NCBI RefSeq assembly: GCF_009914755.1
Contig: NC_060930.1
Strand: one strand, 5' to 3'
From: the human T2T-CHM13v2.0 reference genome, Homo sapiens
Length of the DNA: 64,000 nucleotides
Shown: positions 1 to 13,078 of the stretch, in pieces
How positions within the stretch are numbered: the first letter of the stretch is position 1
Layout of the letters: every line of letters starts with the position of its first letter
Notes under the pieces: model-generated
The model's database searches: none
Seen by the model: only the letters and a program-made list of their open reading frames with translations
Told to the model about the DNA's origin: nothing
Program-made: the position numbers and the translations under genes

Positions 1-530
1 TGATCCAACAATCCCACTACTGGGTAACTACCCAAAGGGAAAGAAGTCACAACATAAAATAGACACCTACATGCATATATCATGGCACAATTCACAGTTG
101 CAAAGATACCGAACCAACCTAAGTGCCTATCAACTGATACGTGGATAAAGAAAATGTGGTATATATACACCATGGAATACTACTCAGCCATTAAAGAGAA
201 CAAAATAATACCTTTTGCAGCAACTTGGATGGAGCTGGAGGCCATTATTCTAAGTGAGGTAACTCAGGAGTGGAAAACCATATACTATGTTCTTATTTGT
301 AAGTAGAAGCTAAGCTCTGTGTACACAAAGGCATACAGAGTGGTAAGATAGACATTGGAGACTCAGAAGAGGGGAGAGTGGAATGACAGTAAGGGATAAA
401 AAGACTGCATACTGGAAATGCTGTACACTACGTGGGTGATGGGTGCACTAAAATCTCAGATGTCAGCATTACACAATTATCCATGGACCAAAAACCTCTT
501 GTGCCGCTAAAACTATTGAAATTAAATACA
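1..530 (+). mobile_element. LINE-1 3' end (L1PB-like): ORF2 C-terminus and 3' UTR, cut by the window start
   Basis: ORF 82-306 reads ...NQPKCLSTDTWIKKMWYIYTMEYYSAIK..., the L1 ORF2 C-terminus. The 3' UTR 'gggtgatgggtgcactaaaatctcaga...aaaactattgaaat' is L1PB-type. Confidence 0.9.
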
Positions 531-3294
531 TAAACGTACCTGAATTCTAATTTCCTATGAATTTCCCCAAAAATGTTCATTAAAATATTTAAGGATTTCT
601 TATATGAGAGAGACAGACTCAGGGACAGGGAATGGAAGAGAAAAGCTACTATGAACGTAAAAGAGCCAGAAAAAGAAAATAGCTACTTCCAGATGATGAT
701 TAATGTGGAAGAATACAGTATTTGATATACACTACATCAATCTTCTATGAAACAGACAAAAAACAATATTTTAACTCCATGAATATGGGGATTATGCTAC
801 ATAAGAATCATCTCTGACAGCAAAAAATCCAGACACTTTGAGTATGCAGCTCACTTGGTGCAGCAACTACCCATGCCTTGTGCAATTATGCACTTAATAA
901 CACTTTTGGACAGTAATACTAGAAGGCAGGTGTCATGCCTGTTCAACTCACTTAGTCTATAAGCAAGTAGATAAATAAAAGACTTGATGAGGAAGAAAAG
1001 AATGAGAAGATAAGGAAAATGTGTGGGCTTAAGAGAATCAGGATTTAACTACTGTCTGCATATTTATAAACATCTAATCATACACACATGTACATACATC
1101 GAATCATATGATCAATTCTTTAATTAAGTTTAGCAGCCTACAGTTCAGCTGTGATTTACAAGGTAGTAGAAAATATCCATGACATTTCAGAGGAAATTCC
1201 ATTTATAATGAGCAAAAGAAAATAAATGTTATCCTATAAATCATTGCAGTAACAGGGACTAAATTCTGTTGCAGAGTTATGTGAGGACAGAATCTTAATC
1301 AATAATTTCTATATTAATGATTCTAGCAACCTTCAGCAGAAAAGTGGAAGATTTTGTAGCATGCTGCATTCTCTGTCAATCTACACAAGCTTAATGTAAA
1401 TACTACATATGTAGTAACTACATAATGTAATAGCTACATATATCACAAATACAAACAAACACATATTCATGCAAGGTACATTGAAGTAAATAAAGTTATG
1501 TTGAGAGAAAATACTGATGCAGATGTAGTAATTGATTAGTAGAAGGCTTCATTTATATAGATTGTATGAACCATGAGGTCGGGAACCATGTGTGTTTATA
1601 TACCACTGTATTAGCACATAATACTGAACCTGCTGCAAAGCAAGGACTCAGCAAATACATGAATTAAACACAAATTGCCTTAGGAACTATGTCATTACCA
1701 AATAAAATGTAGTTGTTTTTGATTAATTTTAAAACCTAAATGTGAAAGCAAGACAAATTTGTACATCACATTGAGAAGCTTATTCATTTAATTGTCATTC
1801 ATTCATGCTTCACTCTGAAAAGTAATGTCTTTAAGAAAACACACAAACAGGAAAAGATACATGAAGAAGTTGAGACAAAAAGAAAAAAATGCGAATAGAT
1901 AATAGAATAAGGGCAGAGGGCATAACGTGTATATGCCATAGAATTCTGGACACCTGCCAAGGGCACAAATAGGATTTGAGTGTCTTAAAAAACAATGGAA
2001 GAGAAAGTTGCTCATAGAGGCCACATGTGCCACTGTCATCAGATATAGCTGGTCACCATTCTGCTTCTACCCTGATTCATTGGGCAAATACATTGTTTAA
2101 TATTTATTTCCTGGGGAAAAATGCACTACAAAAATGTATTACAGAGACTACTCTTATTTTCTTAGCAGTCTTATTTTCTTTCAAAGCAAAGTAATTAAGT
2201 AAAATCCTGGTGCTTTCCTCTTCGTTTTTCTTTTTCCTATTCGTTCTTGTTTGGTTCTCCAATTGAGAAGCAAGTGAATTTTTTAAATGAAGCTTTGCTT
2301 TTTAAAGTTTCAAGGTTTATAATGAAGGAAAATGTAAAGAGAGCAGTTTCGATGGCTATATGTTTACTTATCTATAAATTCACTCAGTAGAAAGAAGAAC
2401 CACTCACATAATTAGCTTGTGCATTTCCTTGGCCAATGTGTACTCATATTCTATATTGAAAACTCATGTAGAGGTTGCATAATGGTCAAGGTGAAAGGAA
2501 CTGAAAATGATAATGCAAAAGGACTGTAGCTTGAGATTTATGACTTACATTGCAATTTAGACTTGAGTATGTACACAATGGCAGCCCACGGAGAGGATGA
2601 GGGCAAGGGAGACAGAATCGCTTGAGCCTGGCAGAGCAAATGAAAACACATCAGAGAGGTGAGTGACAAAGTGGAAGAGTTCCCTTCCCAGGGCAGCTTC
2701 AGAATTGCATTCTGTAATCTAGAGCTGGCTCCAGTGACATTTAACTGATCTACCAAACTCAGACAAGAGAATAAGATGGAGAAATGCAAAATCTGTCACT
2801 GGTGTTTATTTGATCTGCAGAAAGGCTGGATTCATATGTCTTGCCATATTTCTGTGTTCTGAAGGGCAGTGAAACAGATTATCAAGGCCAAGTGTAAAAC
2901 TTTGGGAGATGAGTTTAGCCCCTAGAGATTTTAAAAAAGAAAATAAATGGAATTCTCGCTGAGAGCTTGTCCTCATTTGCTGTTCTCCTTTCTTCTTCTA
3001 AATTTAAATTTATTGTGTTTCTTTACATGTCATTTAAAATTTGCTCTGGGCTTGGGTCCAGAAATCAAGTATGTATTTTAAATAAACAAACATTCAAGGA
3101 ACTTTCCACACATTTCTCAGAGTAATTTCTTTCAGCTCTTTGAATTTTATATTTGAGATAACATCTATAGCCCAAGTTTCAAGAACTTGTGTGAACATTA
3201 GAATGTCTCTGTGATTTAACTGGACTTGTACCAAAATACTCTAGAAGAAAACAAATACTTACTTTTTGCTATACACCTTGCTTTATTTCCTGCT

Positions 3295-3505
3295 TACACA
3301 GAGCCAGAGACTGTGCTATCTACATTATATGGATTATTTATTCTTACAAAAATCCCTGAGTTTGTTATTATTATTTATCTATCTACAGATGGAGGAACTG
3401 AGAAGTTCATCTCAATTAATAACTTTCCCAAGTTATCACATTAAGTCGTACCATCAGAATCTGAACTCAGGCAGCCCAGTTCTTGATCCAGGTCCTTAAT
3501 CACCA
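3295..3505 (-). mobile_element. MIR SINE
   Basis: Reverse MIR core 'tacagatggaggaactgag...aactttcccaagttatcaca...tgaactcaggcag'. Confidence 0.7.
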
Positions 3506-3539
3506 AGTTATAGTTTTTACATTACATTCCAACTTGTCT

Positions 3540-3822
3540 TTATTTATTTTTATTTTTATTTTTATGTCATTCTTTTTACTCTGTAACCCAGGCTGGAGCA
3601 GAGGCACACTCATAGCTCACTGCAGCCTTGAACTCTTGGGCTCGCCTCCCACATAGCGAGGACTGCAGGTGCATGCCACCATGCCCAGATAATTTTTACA
3701 TTTTGTTTGTAGAGACAGGGTCTCACTATGTTGTGTGGGCTGGTCTGAACTGTTGGCCTCAAGCAACCCTCCAACGTCAGCCTCCCAAAGCTCTGGGATT
3801 AGAGTCATGAGGAACCTGGCCT
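3540..3822 (-). mobile_element. Alu, old AluJ-type, diverged
   Basis: T-rich tail, then 'cccaggctggag...atagctcactgcagccttgaactcttgggctc...gtagagacagggtctcactatgttg...cctcccaaag'. J-type diagnostics. Confidence 0.9.
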
Positions 3823-5994
3823 GAACCTTTATTTAATAAACTAAATATATATCCTTGGACATAAAAGAAGCTTAATTCATTGGCATAGTAAAGACTAATA
3901 AAAGTAAATATATATAGGTCTTATTGATGACACTAGCCATGTGACCTTAATCAAATCAGTTCACCTCTTGTTCCTCAACAAATCATTGTTCCTGAACAAT
4001 GTCAGGGGCTCAATAAAAGCAAGTGGAATTGAGCTGACTTTTAGATACTTTTAGGTTTCAGCATTCTGTGTTTTCTAACTAGATGCCTGCCAGTGCCTAA
4101 CATGCCTTTGGTCAGAGAAAAAACATGATGTTAGTCCAAGAATGTGTAGGCTGGGTTGGTGTGGCTCTGCATTGCACCACGGGCAAAGAACCCCCATGGT
4201 TACAAGTGGGAAATGTTCATAGCAAAGAGAAGGTGAATGAAGAAATACAAACCCATTTCCTGTATTAGACACATTAGTCAAAGCCCACACTTGGAATTCT
4301 ATGGACTATATATTATTTTTAAACATAGCCTAATGCTATATTCTAAAGAAAGACTAATTTATGTTTATTCAGTGCCTTGAGTGGGACCTGGCTCATAGGG
4401 AAGGGTCATTCATAATTTTTAAACAAATACAAGGAAGGGGAAAATCCACTTGATTAGTATCTGTCCATTAGAAAATTGAGGTTGATTGCTGAGTGAATCA
4501 GGTTCTATGTTATTGCTTAAGTTTGAGAGGAAACTTATCAGTAGAGTTCCCAGTTGTTAAGTTCCAGGGGAACAGCCACATCATCTCTTTCTCCCTCCTA
4601 AAGACTCTTTCCTCACCCTTATACTTCTGTCTCTGAGCACACTGATCATAAGCTATTTTTCCTCCCTGTGTAAAAGAGAGAGAGAAGGGGAGAAGGAATA
4701 TACACATATACATATAATAAAATAATTTCTTCCTTCCTATTATGTTGCTACAGGAATAACATATCTAATTAGATGGAAATTCAAACTGTGACATTTCCCA
4801 TACTAAAGCACCAAGAATTCAGCATTAAGAGCAATAATAATAATATCAGGGACAATTATCACAGTGCCTACCAGGATTATCTTCACATACCTTTTGGCAG
4901 ATCCTCATGTTCCTTTGTGACATCTCATTTTTAAGGCAGCTTACAAAGGACTTGTTTATAGAACTGATTTATAAAAATCAATATTTTTGCTGTAACGAAA
5001 CACGTATTTTTCCTATTAAGCAATATTTCATGAACTTATTTATCCTCTGTAAAGGGAAAAGCATAAAACAGGTGAGAATACTGAGGAAGAAAGGGGTTAA
5101 AGGATTGAGGTCACATATTAAGGCCGTAAAAAGGTAAAAATAGAAATGGGGGTTTTCTGAGTCATAGCCCAGTGTTCCAGCCAATGACAGACCCTGTGCT
5201 GATGCACAAGCTCACATTAGCTCACAAAATAACCACGGGCACATTTCTCCTGAAACCAGGCCATGCACTCAGTACATGCCCTGATGCATGTGCAAATTAA
5301 TTTTTGGCAGCAGGAAGCCCTGGTACATTTCAAGTCCAGTGTACAAGTGATTAAAATAAAGACACATCAAGTTTTTCCCTAGGTGAGAGAGCTAGAGTTC
5401 TAGGTCAGGCACTAACAATTTCTTGGGTTTTTAGAGTAACTTATAATGAGAAAAAAAAAAAAAAACACCAAATCATTTCATTTGCAGCATTGTTTTTTTT
5501 TGTATAAGCCACTCTCCTTCTAGAACTCTCTCTTCTGTGCATAGTCCAGGCTTAAATGTATACACTCGGTGCTTGTAATATTTATCCAACCTATTTAGAT
5601 ATACATTGGATGCAATGCCATTTATTGCTCCTAGCAGAAAAATTGCAAGAATTCTTAAAGTGTTGTTTGATGTCTCAAGCCAGAAATAATGGCTCATTCC
5701 CTAAATAAAGGGGTTTGAAAAATTAGGGTTATACTTGGGGCATAAAGGAAGCATGTCAAATGACTCTGTAGTGAGCTCATTGGAATTCCTAGTGTTTTAT
5801 TTTTATGATTGCTTTGTACTCTTTCCTGTTGAACCAACTACAGAGCCAGGTAACCTAATAAAAATCAATTGCATGAATTAAAAGATGTAATTATTGCATG
5901 GATGGATCAATGGATGGAGATATCTTAAAGGTAGAGGCTAGGAATAAACTGTGTCTCAATCCCTAGAGCCCGTTGAAGTATTGCACATCCTATG

Positions 5995-6349
5995 TGTATT
6001 AACCCATTCTCATGCTGCTAATAAAGACATACTTGAGACTGGCTAATTTATAAAGGAAAGAGGTTTAGTTGATTCACAGTTCAGGCTCAGGAAACTTACA
6101 ATCATGGTGGAAGGGGAAGCAAACACGTTTTTCTTCACATGGCAGAGGAAGTGAGAAGTGCAGAGTGAAGTGGGAAATCCCCTTATAAAACCATCAGTTC
6201 TCATGAGAACTCACTATCATGAGAACAGCATAGGGGTAACTGCCCCATGATTCAATTACCTCCCACCAGGTTCCTTCCATGACATGTAGGGATTATGGGA
6301 ACTACAGTTTAAGATGAGATTTGGGTGGAGACACAGCCAAACCATATCA
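5995..6349 (-). mobile_element. THE1 (ERVL-MaLR) LTR
   Basis: Runs from 'tgtatta...gctgctaataaagacatac' to 'gagatttgggtggagacacagccaaaccatatca', the reverse complement of the THE1 LTR with TG...CA ends. Confidence 0.92.
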
Positions 6350-6443
6350 TTCTGCTCCTGGCCTCTCCCAAATCTCATAGCCCCACATTTCAAAACACAA
6401 TCAAGACTTCCCAACAGTCCCCCAAAATTCTAACTCAGTACAG
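6350..6443 (-). mobile_element. THE1-internal 3' stub including the polypurine tract
   Basis: 'ttctgctcctggcctctcccaaatctcat...cacatttcaaaac...cttcccaacagtcccccaaa' directly abuts the LTR and matches the end of THE1-int. Confidence 0.8.
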
Positions 6444-7005
6444 TTTTTTTTTAATTAGGAGACTTTTTTTAAAGAGCATTTTTAGGTTTACAGCAATATT
6501 TAGCAGGAAGTACAGAGAGCTCCCATATACCCCTCCCACAACATACGCACAGTCTTCCCTACTATCAATATCCCCCACCAAAGTGGAATATTTGTTGCAA
6601 CTAATAAACCAACATTGACACATCAATGTTAACCAAAGGCCATAGTTAACATTAGGGTTCACTCTTTGTGTTGTACCTTCTACCAGTCTATCTCTATACA
6701 ACTGTATAGAGATATATATTCACCAATATAACATTATTGTTTCCACGCCCTAAAATTCCCCTGTACTTCACCTACCCATCCCTCCCTACCTCCTAACCAC
6801 AGCAACCTCTGGTGTTTTTACTCTCCATAGTTTTGCCTTTTCCAGAATGTCATGTAGTTGGAATCATACAGTATGTAGCCTTTTCAGGTAGGCACCTTTC
6901 ACTTAGTAACATGAATTTAAGTTTCCTCCATGTCTTTTCATGGCTTGATAGCTCATGCCTTTTTAGCACTGAATAATATTCCATGGTCTGGATGTACTAT
7001 AGTAT
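6444..7005 (-). mobile_element. LINE-1 3' end (L1MC1-like)
   Basis: Poly-T, then 'ttttaggtttacagca...tacagagagctcccatatacccc...cattagggttcactctt...gccttttccagaatgtcatgtagttggaatcatacagtatgtagcc'. Confidence 0.85.
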
Positions 7006-7349
7006 TCTTATTTTTAATTTGGGAAAAATAAAGATCACAGAGTCCGTCCCATAAAGTAGGAGGAGAGGTCATCTGTTGGGAATGAGTGGAGGGGAATGTA
7101 ACAGCTTGAAAAGGGTGATGTTCTGCAATAACCCTTGTTGGGTATGAGAAGAGTCTCTGGCTAAAGGCTAAACCACAGCACCTGTCCTGGTCATGAGCCC
7201 AGAGGTAGGAGCAGAGACTGCAAGTGCTTGTATAGCGTCACAGTTATTGTTTCCCGGCAAAGACACAAGGAAGACAAAGTGCTAAAAGAATTAGGGCTGT
7301 TGGTAGCTAGTGGGATGGACCATAGGGGGCTGGTTTGTTCATTAGTATC

Positions 7350-7790
7350 TCTTTTTAGAGTTTTAACTTTTATTATGAAAAATTGCAAACATAAAGTAGA
7401 GCGGATAGTATAATGAACTCATCATGTATTCAACACCCAGCTTCAATAATTAGAAATGTTGCAGTTTTGTTTTGTTTCATTTAATCTCCCTAACCTCTTC
7501 ATGTTTTCTGTAGGTGTTTTTAAAGAACATCCCAGGCATCATATCATTTTATCCATAAATGCTTCCATTTACATATAAAACAGATAAAGACTTTTAAAAA
7601 CCACAACTACAATGTTTCTCTCATAGCTGACAAAATTAACGTTATTTCCTCAATTTAACTGAATTCCCAGTGAATAATCAAATTTCTCTAATTATTCAAA
7701 AAATTGTAGATAGATGATTTTTTTAAATTGGGATCTAAATAGGGTCCACACACTACATTTGATTGATGTTTCTTAAGTTTCTTTTTATAG
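7350..7790 (-). mobile_element. Old LINE-1 3' UTR (L1MC4/5-like)
   Basis: 'ttttattatgaaaaattgcaaacata...atagtataatgaac...atcccaggcatcatatcattttatccataaat'. Confidence 0.6.
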
Positions 7791-8059
7791 TTACGATTTT
7801 TTGTTGTACAATTTACATTTAATAAAATTTACTCTTTTTAAATCTGCAGTCCAGTGACTTTTGATCAATGAGAGTCATGGGGGTGGCAGACATGTTAAAA
7901 CAAAAGAGTAACTTCAGAACAGAATCTTATACAAAGTCAAAGACACAGTTCAAATGATATTTTAAATTTTATATGAGGAAAGAGAAGGTCAGGATGTGAT
8001 GTCTGGAGTAACTTGGAAAGATGTATTGAACTTGTACCCCGGAGTAGAAGTGCGGGGCA

Positions 8060-8545
8060 GTGGGGTCAAGGAGACATTCCAGGTAGAAGGAGCAGCATAG
8101 TTCATTATGCAATAGAAGTAGATTGATATTGTTAAAAATTCAAGCAAGATGAGGTAGGTAGAGAGAGAGAATGGTGGAAACTTAAGTTAGATAAGACAGA
8201 CACCTTGTATGTCATACTCAAAAGCTTGGATCTTACCCTATGGGAATGGGGGAACTACTAGGAGAACAGAATTGTCATTTTAGAAAGATTTCTCTGTTGG
8301 TGCTGTGGACAAAGGACTGGAAGGAGTCTTGCACAGGTAGATCAGTTCATTATTGAAAAAATCAAAAGAGACAGCATGGGCAGTAGTGGGCAGTAGTGAC
8401 AGGAGGAGAAGAGCTAAGAACTGGGAAAGACAATTGGCAGGTAAAGGACAAGTCTCAGTGAGTGACTGACAGAGGAAGAAGTGATAAAGGGGGGAAGCTA
8501 GTGAACAATCTAGGATGACTTCTGATTTGATGGCTTGAGAGACTC
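8060..8545 (-). mobile_element. L2 LINE fragment
   Basis: Purine-rich L2-like text: 'cattccaggtagaaggagcagcat', 'ttttagaaagatttctctg', 'aggatgacttctga...ggcttgag'. Confidence 0.55.
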
Positions 8546-8569
8546 CAAAGAATGGTGTAACACACATTT

Positions 8570-8782
8570 TAGCTTTTGAGTCAATTAGACATGGGTTCAA
8601 GGGCCAAGTCTGACACTTATTTACAAGATATGTGATTTTGGGTAACTTACTTACCTCTCTAAGCCTCAGTCTCTCATCTAAAACGAAGATAAGCTACCTC
8701 CCAAGATGGCTGTGAGATTACATTATATGCAGTGCTAATCAGTGTTTGATAAACTGGAAGCACTCAAGAAATATTAATTATT
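8570..8782 (+). mobile_element. MIR SINE
   Basis: 'gagtca...gacatgggttcaag...tgtgattttgggtaacttacttacctctctaagcctcagt...gcactcaagaaatatta'. Confidence 0.8.
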
Positions 8783-8997
8783 AAAATTATCCAAATCTAA
8801 AGTCCCCGGTTGTAATGTGAATTCTTGAATAGAGGAATAACACAAGTATGAGTTCAATAATTGTGGGACCCTATTGAATGGAGAATCCATGAAATTTGTA
8901 TGAGGGCAGAAACTGTGTATCAGAATGTTGGTTATAATATGACTCACAATTGAAACATACCGAGACCAATGCACACCAAGAGCAATACAATGACTAG

Positions 8998-9395
<398 letters not shown>

Positions 9396-9519
9396 AACAC
9401 TAAGAAGCCATTCTTTATTATTACCTCTAATTTATAAGTGAAGAAATCTCAAACATACCAATAAGAGTGAAGCCAGGTTTTGAAATCCTGTGATCTTTCA
9501 ACTATATCACATCAATAGC

Positions 9520-9742
9520 TATTACTATGGGCCAGGTACTATGTTAAATATTTCACATATATTTTCTCAAATATCACTCACAACCAGCCTATGAGGTAGA
9601 TCCTATTGTTAACCCGATTGAAAAAATAAAAGGCATGGAGAGTTTAATTAATTCAAGATCCTATATCTGATAAGTGATGAAGCCAAGATTGAAACCTAAG
9701 AGGTCTGACTCTAAAGTTCAAACTTTTAACCACACTGCTATG
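9520..9742 (-). mobile_element. MIR SINE
   Basis: 'gccaggtactatgttaaata...ctcacaaccagcctatgaggtagatcctatt...gtctgactctaaag...ttaaccacactgcta'. Confidence 0.8.
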
Positions 9743-11419
9743 ATTCCTTTAATCTTTGAGACCCACTAGTAAAAGCTCTGAGCTTATGCTAGAGGACAAG
9801 AATTCAAGGCAGAATTTGGGTCCGTAAGAAGTTCTAAATTATACAATTTCATTTTTGGACCAAAATTAACCTGATTGTGGGAACATATGCAAAATAGCCA
9901 TAACAAAGTGGGGAAAAGTCTGAGGTGTCAAAGTGAAATTAGATATATTGAAGAACCAGAGACATGCAGCGCAAATTCTTATCTGTTGTACTGAGTTTTG
10001 TGCTGTCCTCAAATCTGATGTCTCCATCATTTACTATATCCAAATCTGTGACAAAACCAATGGCCAAGGTAAAACCCTGTAACACGCATCTGGGCCTCCC
10101 TCCAGCTTACCATCAACCCCCAATCAATACTCTCTGGATACCACCATTTCAGCAGATAATACAACTAATGTCCTGAGCAGGAATATTAGATCCTGCCATA
10201 TGAAAAACCTGTGGAGTTTAGGTTCTAGAAAATACACTTAAAAAATCAGCTGCACAAATACAGCATGAGCATAGTTCCAACTATAACTAAACTGGCTTTT
10301 CCTTAATATCACTGTTAATTTTTAAATGATACGTTTTTCTAGGGAAGGTGTGTAGAAGCAGGTGAGGAGACTCAGTCCCAATAAGCAGCCTAGTCTGGGA
10401 AGCCCTTCTGTCCCTGTGGGCCTGAAATTCTCCAACTTCAGCCAAAGACACAGGGTGGGCAGGTGAGGGACCCAGCAAAGGCAACAGCCTAGCAGCCGGG
10501 TCTGGCAAGTTTCATTGTCCCATCAGCTCTGAGAATTTCTCTGTCCCCACTGTTCAGAGACATCAGGGCAGAAAGGAGGTATCCTGCCATGCCCCACCCT
10601 TACTGAAAGCCACTTCCACACAAATTAGCCCTTCTGCTCCAATAGGCAGCACCAGCAGGGACCAGTGAGAGCCCCAGTGGCACCTGATATACAAACAGAC
10701 CAAAATAACCCCATAAAGGCTCTACAAAGTAAATGGCCATTGGAAGAACAGCCCACAAAAATAGGCCAAAACCTGCATGCTGAACCTAAACAGATTAACT
10801 GCTGCTGAAATAATAGGACTCAGAGTCCCTGAACGTAATTGACAAGATGCCCAGGATATAATATAAAGTCACTTGTCATCAAGAATCCAGAAAATCACAA
10901 CTTGAAAGCGAAAAAGGAATCAACTGATGCTAACACCTACATGGATCAGATGTTGGAATTCTCTGACAAAGATTTTAAAACACCCATCATAAAAACACTT
11001 CAGTAATCAATTAAAATTCTTTTGAAATAAATGAGAATAAAAAAAATCTCAGCAAAGAATAGAAGTTACAAAAGAGAATCAAATGGAGATTTACAGAATT
11101 GAAAAATACAATAACAAATGTCAAAACAATGACAAATTTGCTGGCTGGGCTCAATGGAAAAGGGGAGAGGACAGAGGTTAGAATCAGTAGACTTGAGGAT
11201 AAAACAATAGAATTAATCCAACCTAAAACACAGAGAAAAAATGGACTAAAAAAATAAATGAACAGAGCCTCAGGGACCTGTAGAATACTAACAAAAGATC
11301 TGACAGTCATTTCATCAAGTCCCAGAGAAAGAGGAGAAAGAGCAAGAGCAAGGCAGAAAGAGCACTTGGAAAAACAATGGCTGAACACTCCTCAAATCTG
11401 GCAAAAGATATAAACCTAT

Positions 11420-11775
11420 TGTATTAGTCTGTTCTCACACTGCTAATAAAGACATACCCGAGACTGGGTAATTTATAAAGGAAAGAGGTTTAATGGCCTC
11501 ACGGTTCCACATGGCTGGAGAAGCCTCACCATCATGGTGGAGGGCAAAGGAGAAGCAAAGATACATCTTACATGGTGGCAAGAAAGAGAGCTCATGCAGG
11601 GAAACTCCTGTTTATAAAACCATCAGATTTCATGAGACTTATTGACTACCATGAGGACAGTATGGGAGAAACCACCCCTGTGATTTAATTATCTCCACCT
11701 GGCCCCGCTTTTGACTTGTGGGGACTATTACAATTCAAGGTGATATCTGGGTGGGGACATGGCCAAACCATATCA
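11420..11775 (-). mobile_element. THE1 solo LTR (THE1B-like)
   Basis: 'tgtattagtctgttctcacactgct...aaaccatatca', with perfect 5-bp TSD cctat at 11415-11419 and 11776-11780. Confidence 0.95.
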
Positions 11776-12651
11776 CCTATACATCCAACCTGAGTGAAGC
11801 TCACACAGGATGAACAAAGAAATTCATACCAAGACACATGATAATTAAACATTTGAAAATGAAAGATAAAAATCTTGAGAGCAACTAGAGAGAAACAATG
11901 CGTTACTTAAAAATACCAGTTCAGATGATAGCAGGTATCTCATCTGAAATCTTGGAGACAAAAAGCAAGTGGTGCAATCTTTAGTGCGGAAATAAAAGAA
12001 TTGTCAACTCTGAATTTCACTATATCTGGCAAAAATATCCTTCAGGAATGAGAGGAAATGAAAACATTCTTGGAAAAAGGAAAAGTAAAATAATTTGTTT
12101 CTAATAGATATCCCCTTAAAGATCCACTAGCGGAGGTTCTTCTAATAGGCAGACAATGATAAAAGAAGAAATGTTTCAGCATCAGGAAGGAACAATGAAT
12201 AAAGAAAAGAGAAGAGATACGGGTACATATAGTAAACTATCCTTTTCTTCATATGTTTAATAAATTATATTTGATGATGGAAACAAATATATAACACCAT
12301 CTGATACATAAGACAAGATTTAAACATGGGAAAGATAAAGGAACCTAAATAGAAGTGAGGTTTCCATACTTCACTCAAAGTAGTAAATATTGGTTCTAGT
12401 AGTTGATGTCATATACCTATAAAACCCAGAGTGACTGTCATGAAAACAACATAAACAGATACACACAAAATCACTATCTTGAAATTACTCTTTTTTAAAT
12501 TACATTTAAACAGGATGGAATTATTTTTTAAAGAGTTCAAATAACCTGCAAGAGGCAAGAAAAAAATAGAGGCACAAGAACCAGAGGAAACAAATAGAAA
12601 ATAAATTATAAAATGGCAGACTTAAGTGTTAAGTATCATTAATTACTTCAG

Positions 12652-13078
12652 TTTTTACAAGAAATGTTTAAAAAAATTTTTTGTGGGTGCATAGTAGGTA
12701 TATATACTTATGGGATACGTGAGACATTCTGATACAGGCATGCAATGAGTAATAATCACACCATGGAGAATGGGGTTTCCATCCCCTCGAGCATTTATCC
12801 GTAGTGTTGCAAACGATCCAATTATACTCTTTTAGTTATTTTTAAATGTACAGTTATTACTGATTATAGTCACCTTGTTGTGCTATCAAATAGTAGGTCT
12901 TATTTATCCTATTTTTTTGTACCCATTAACCATCTCCACCTCCCACCCATCCACCCGGTCCCACCCCACCCCACCTACCTCACTACCCTTCCCTGCCTCT
13001 TGTAACCATATTGCTACTCTCCGTGTCCATTGAGTTCAATTGTTTGTATTTTTAGATCCCACAAACAAGAACATGCAA
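12652..13078 (-). mobile_element. LINE-1 3' end (L1MA1-3-like) inserted at the ORF2 start of the host L1
   Basis: 'tttttgtgggtgcatagtaggtatatat...gatacaggcatgcaatg...ttgtacccattaaccatc...tttagatcccacaaa'; degenerate TSD tatcatta(at)tactt on both sides. Confidence 0.85.
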
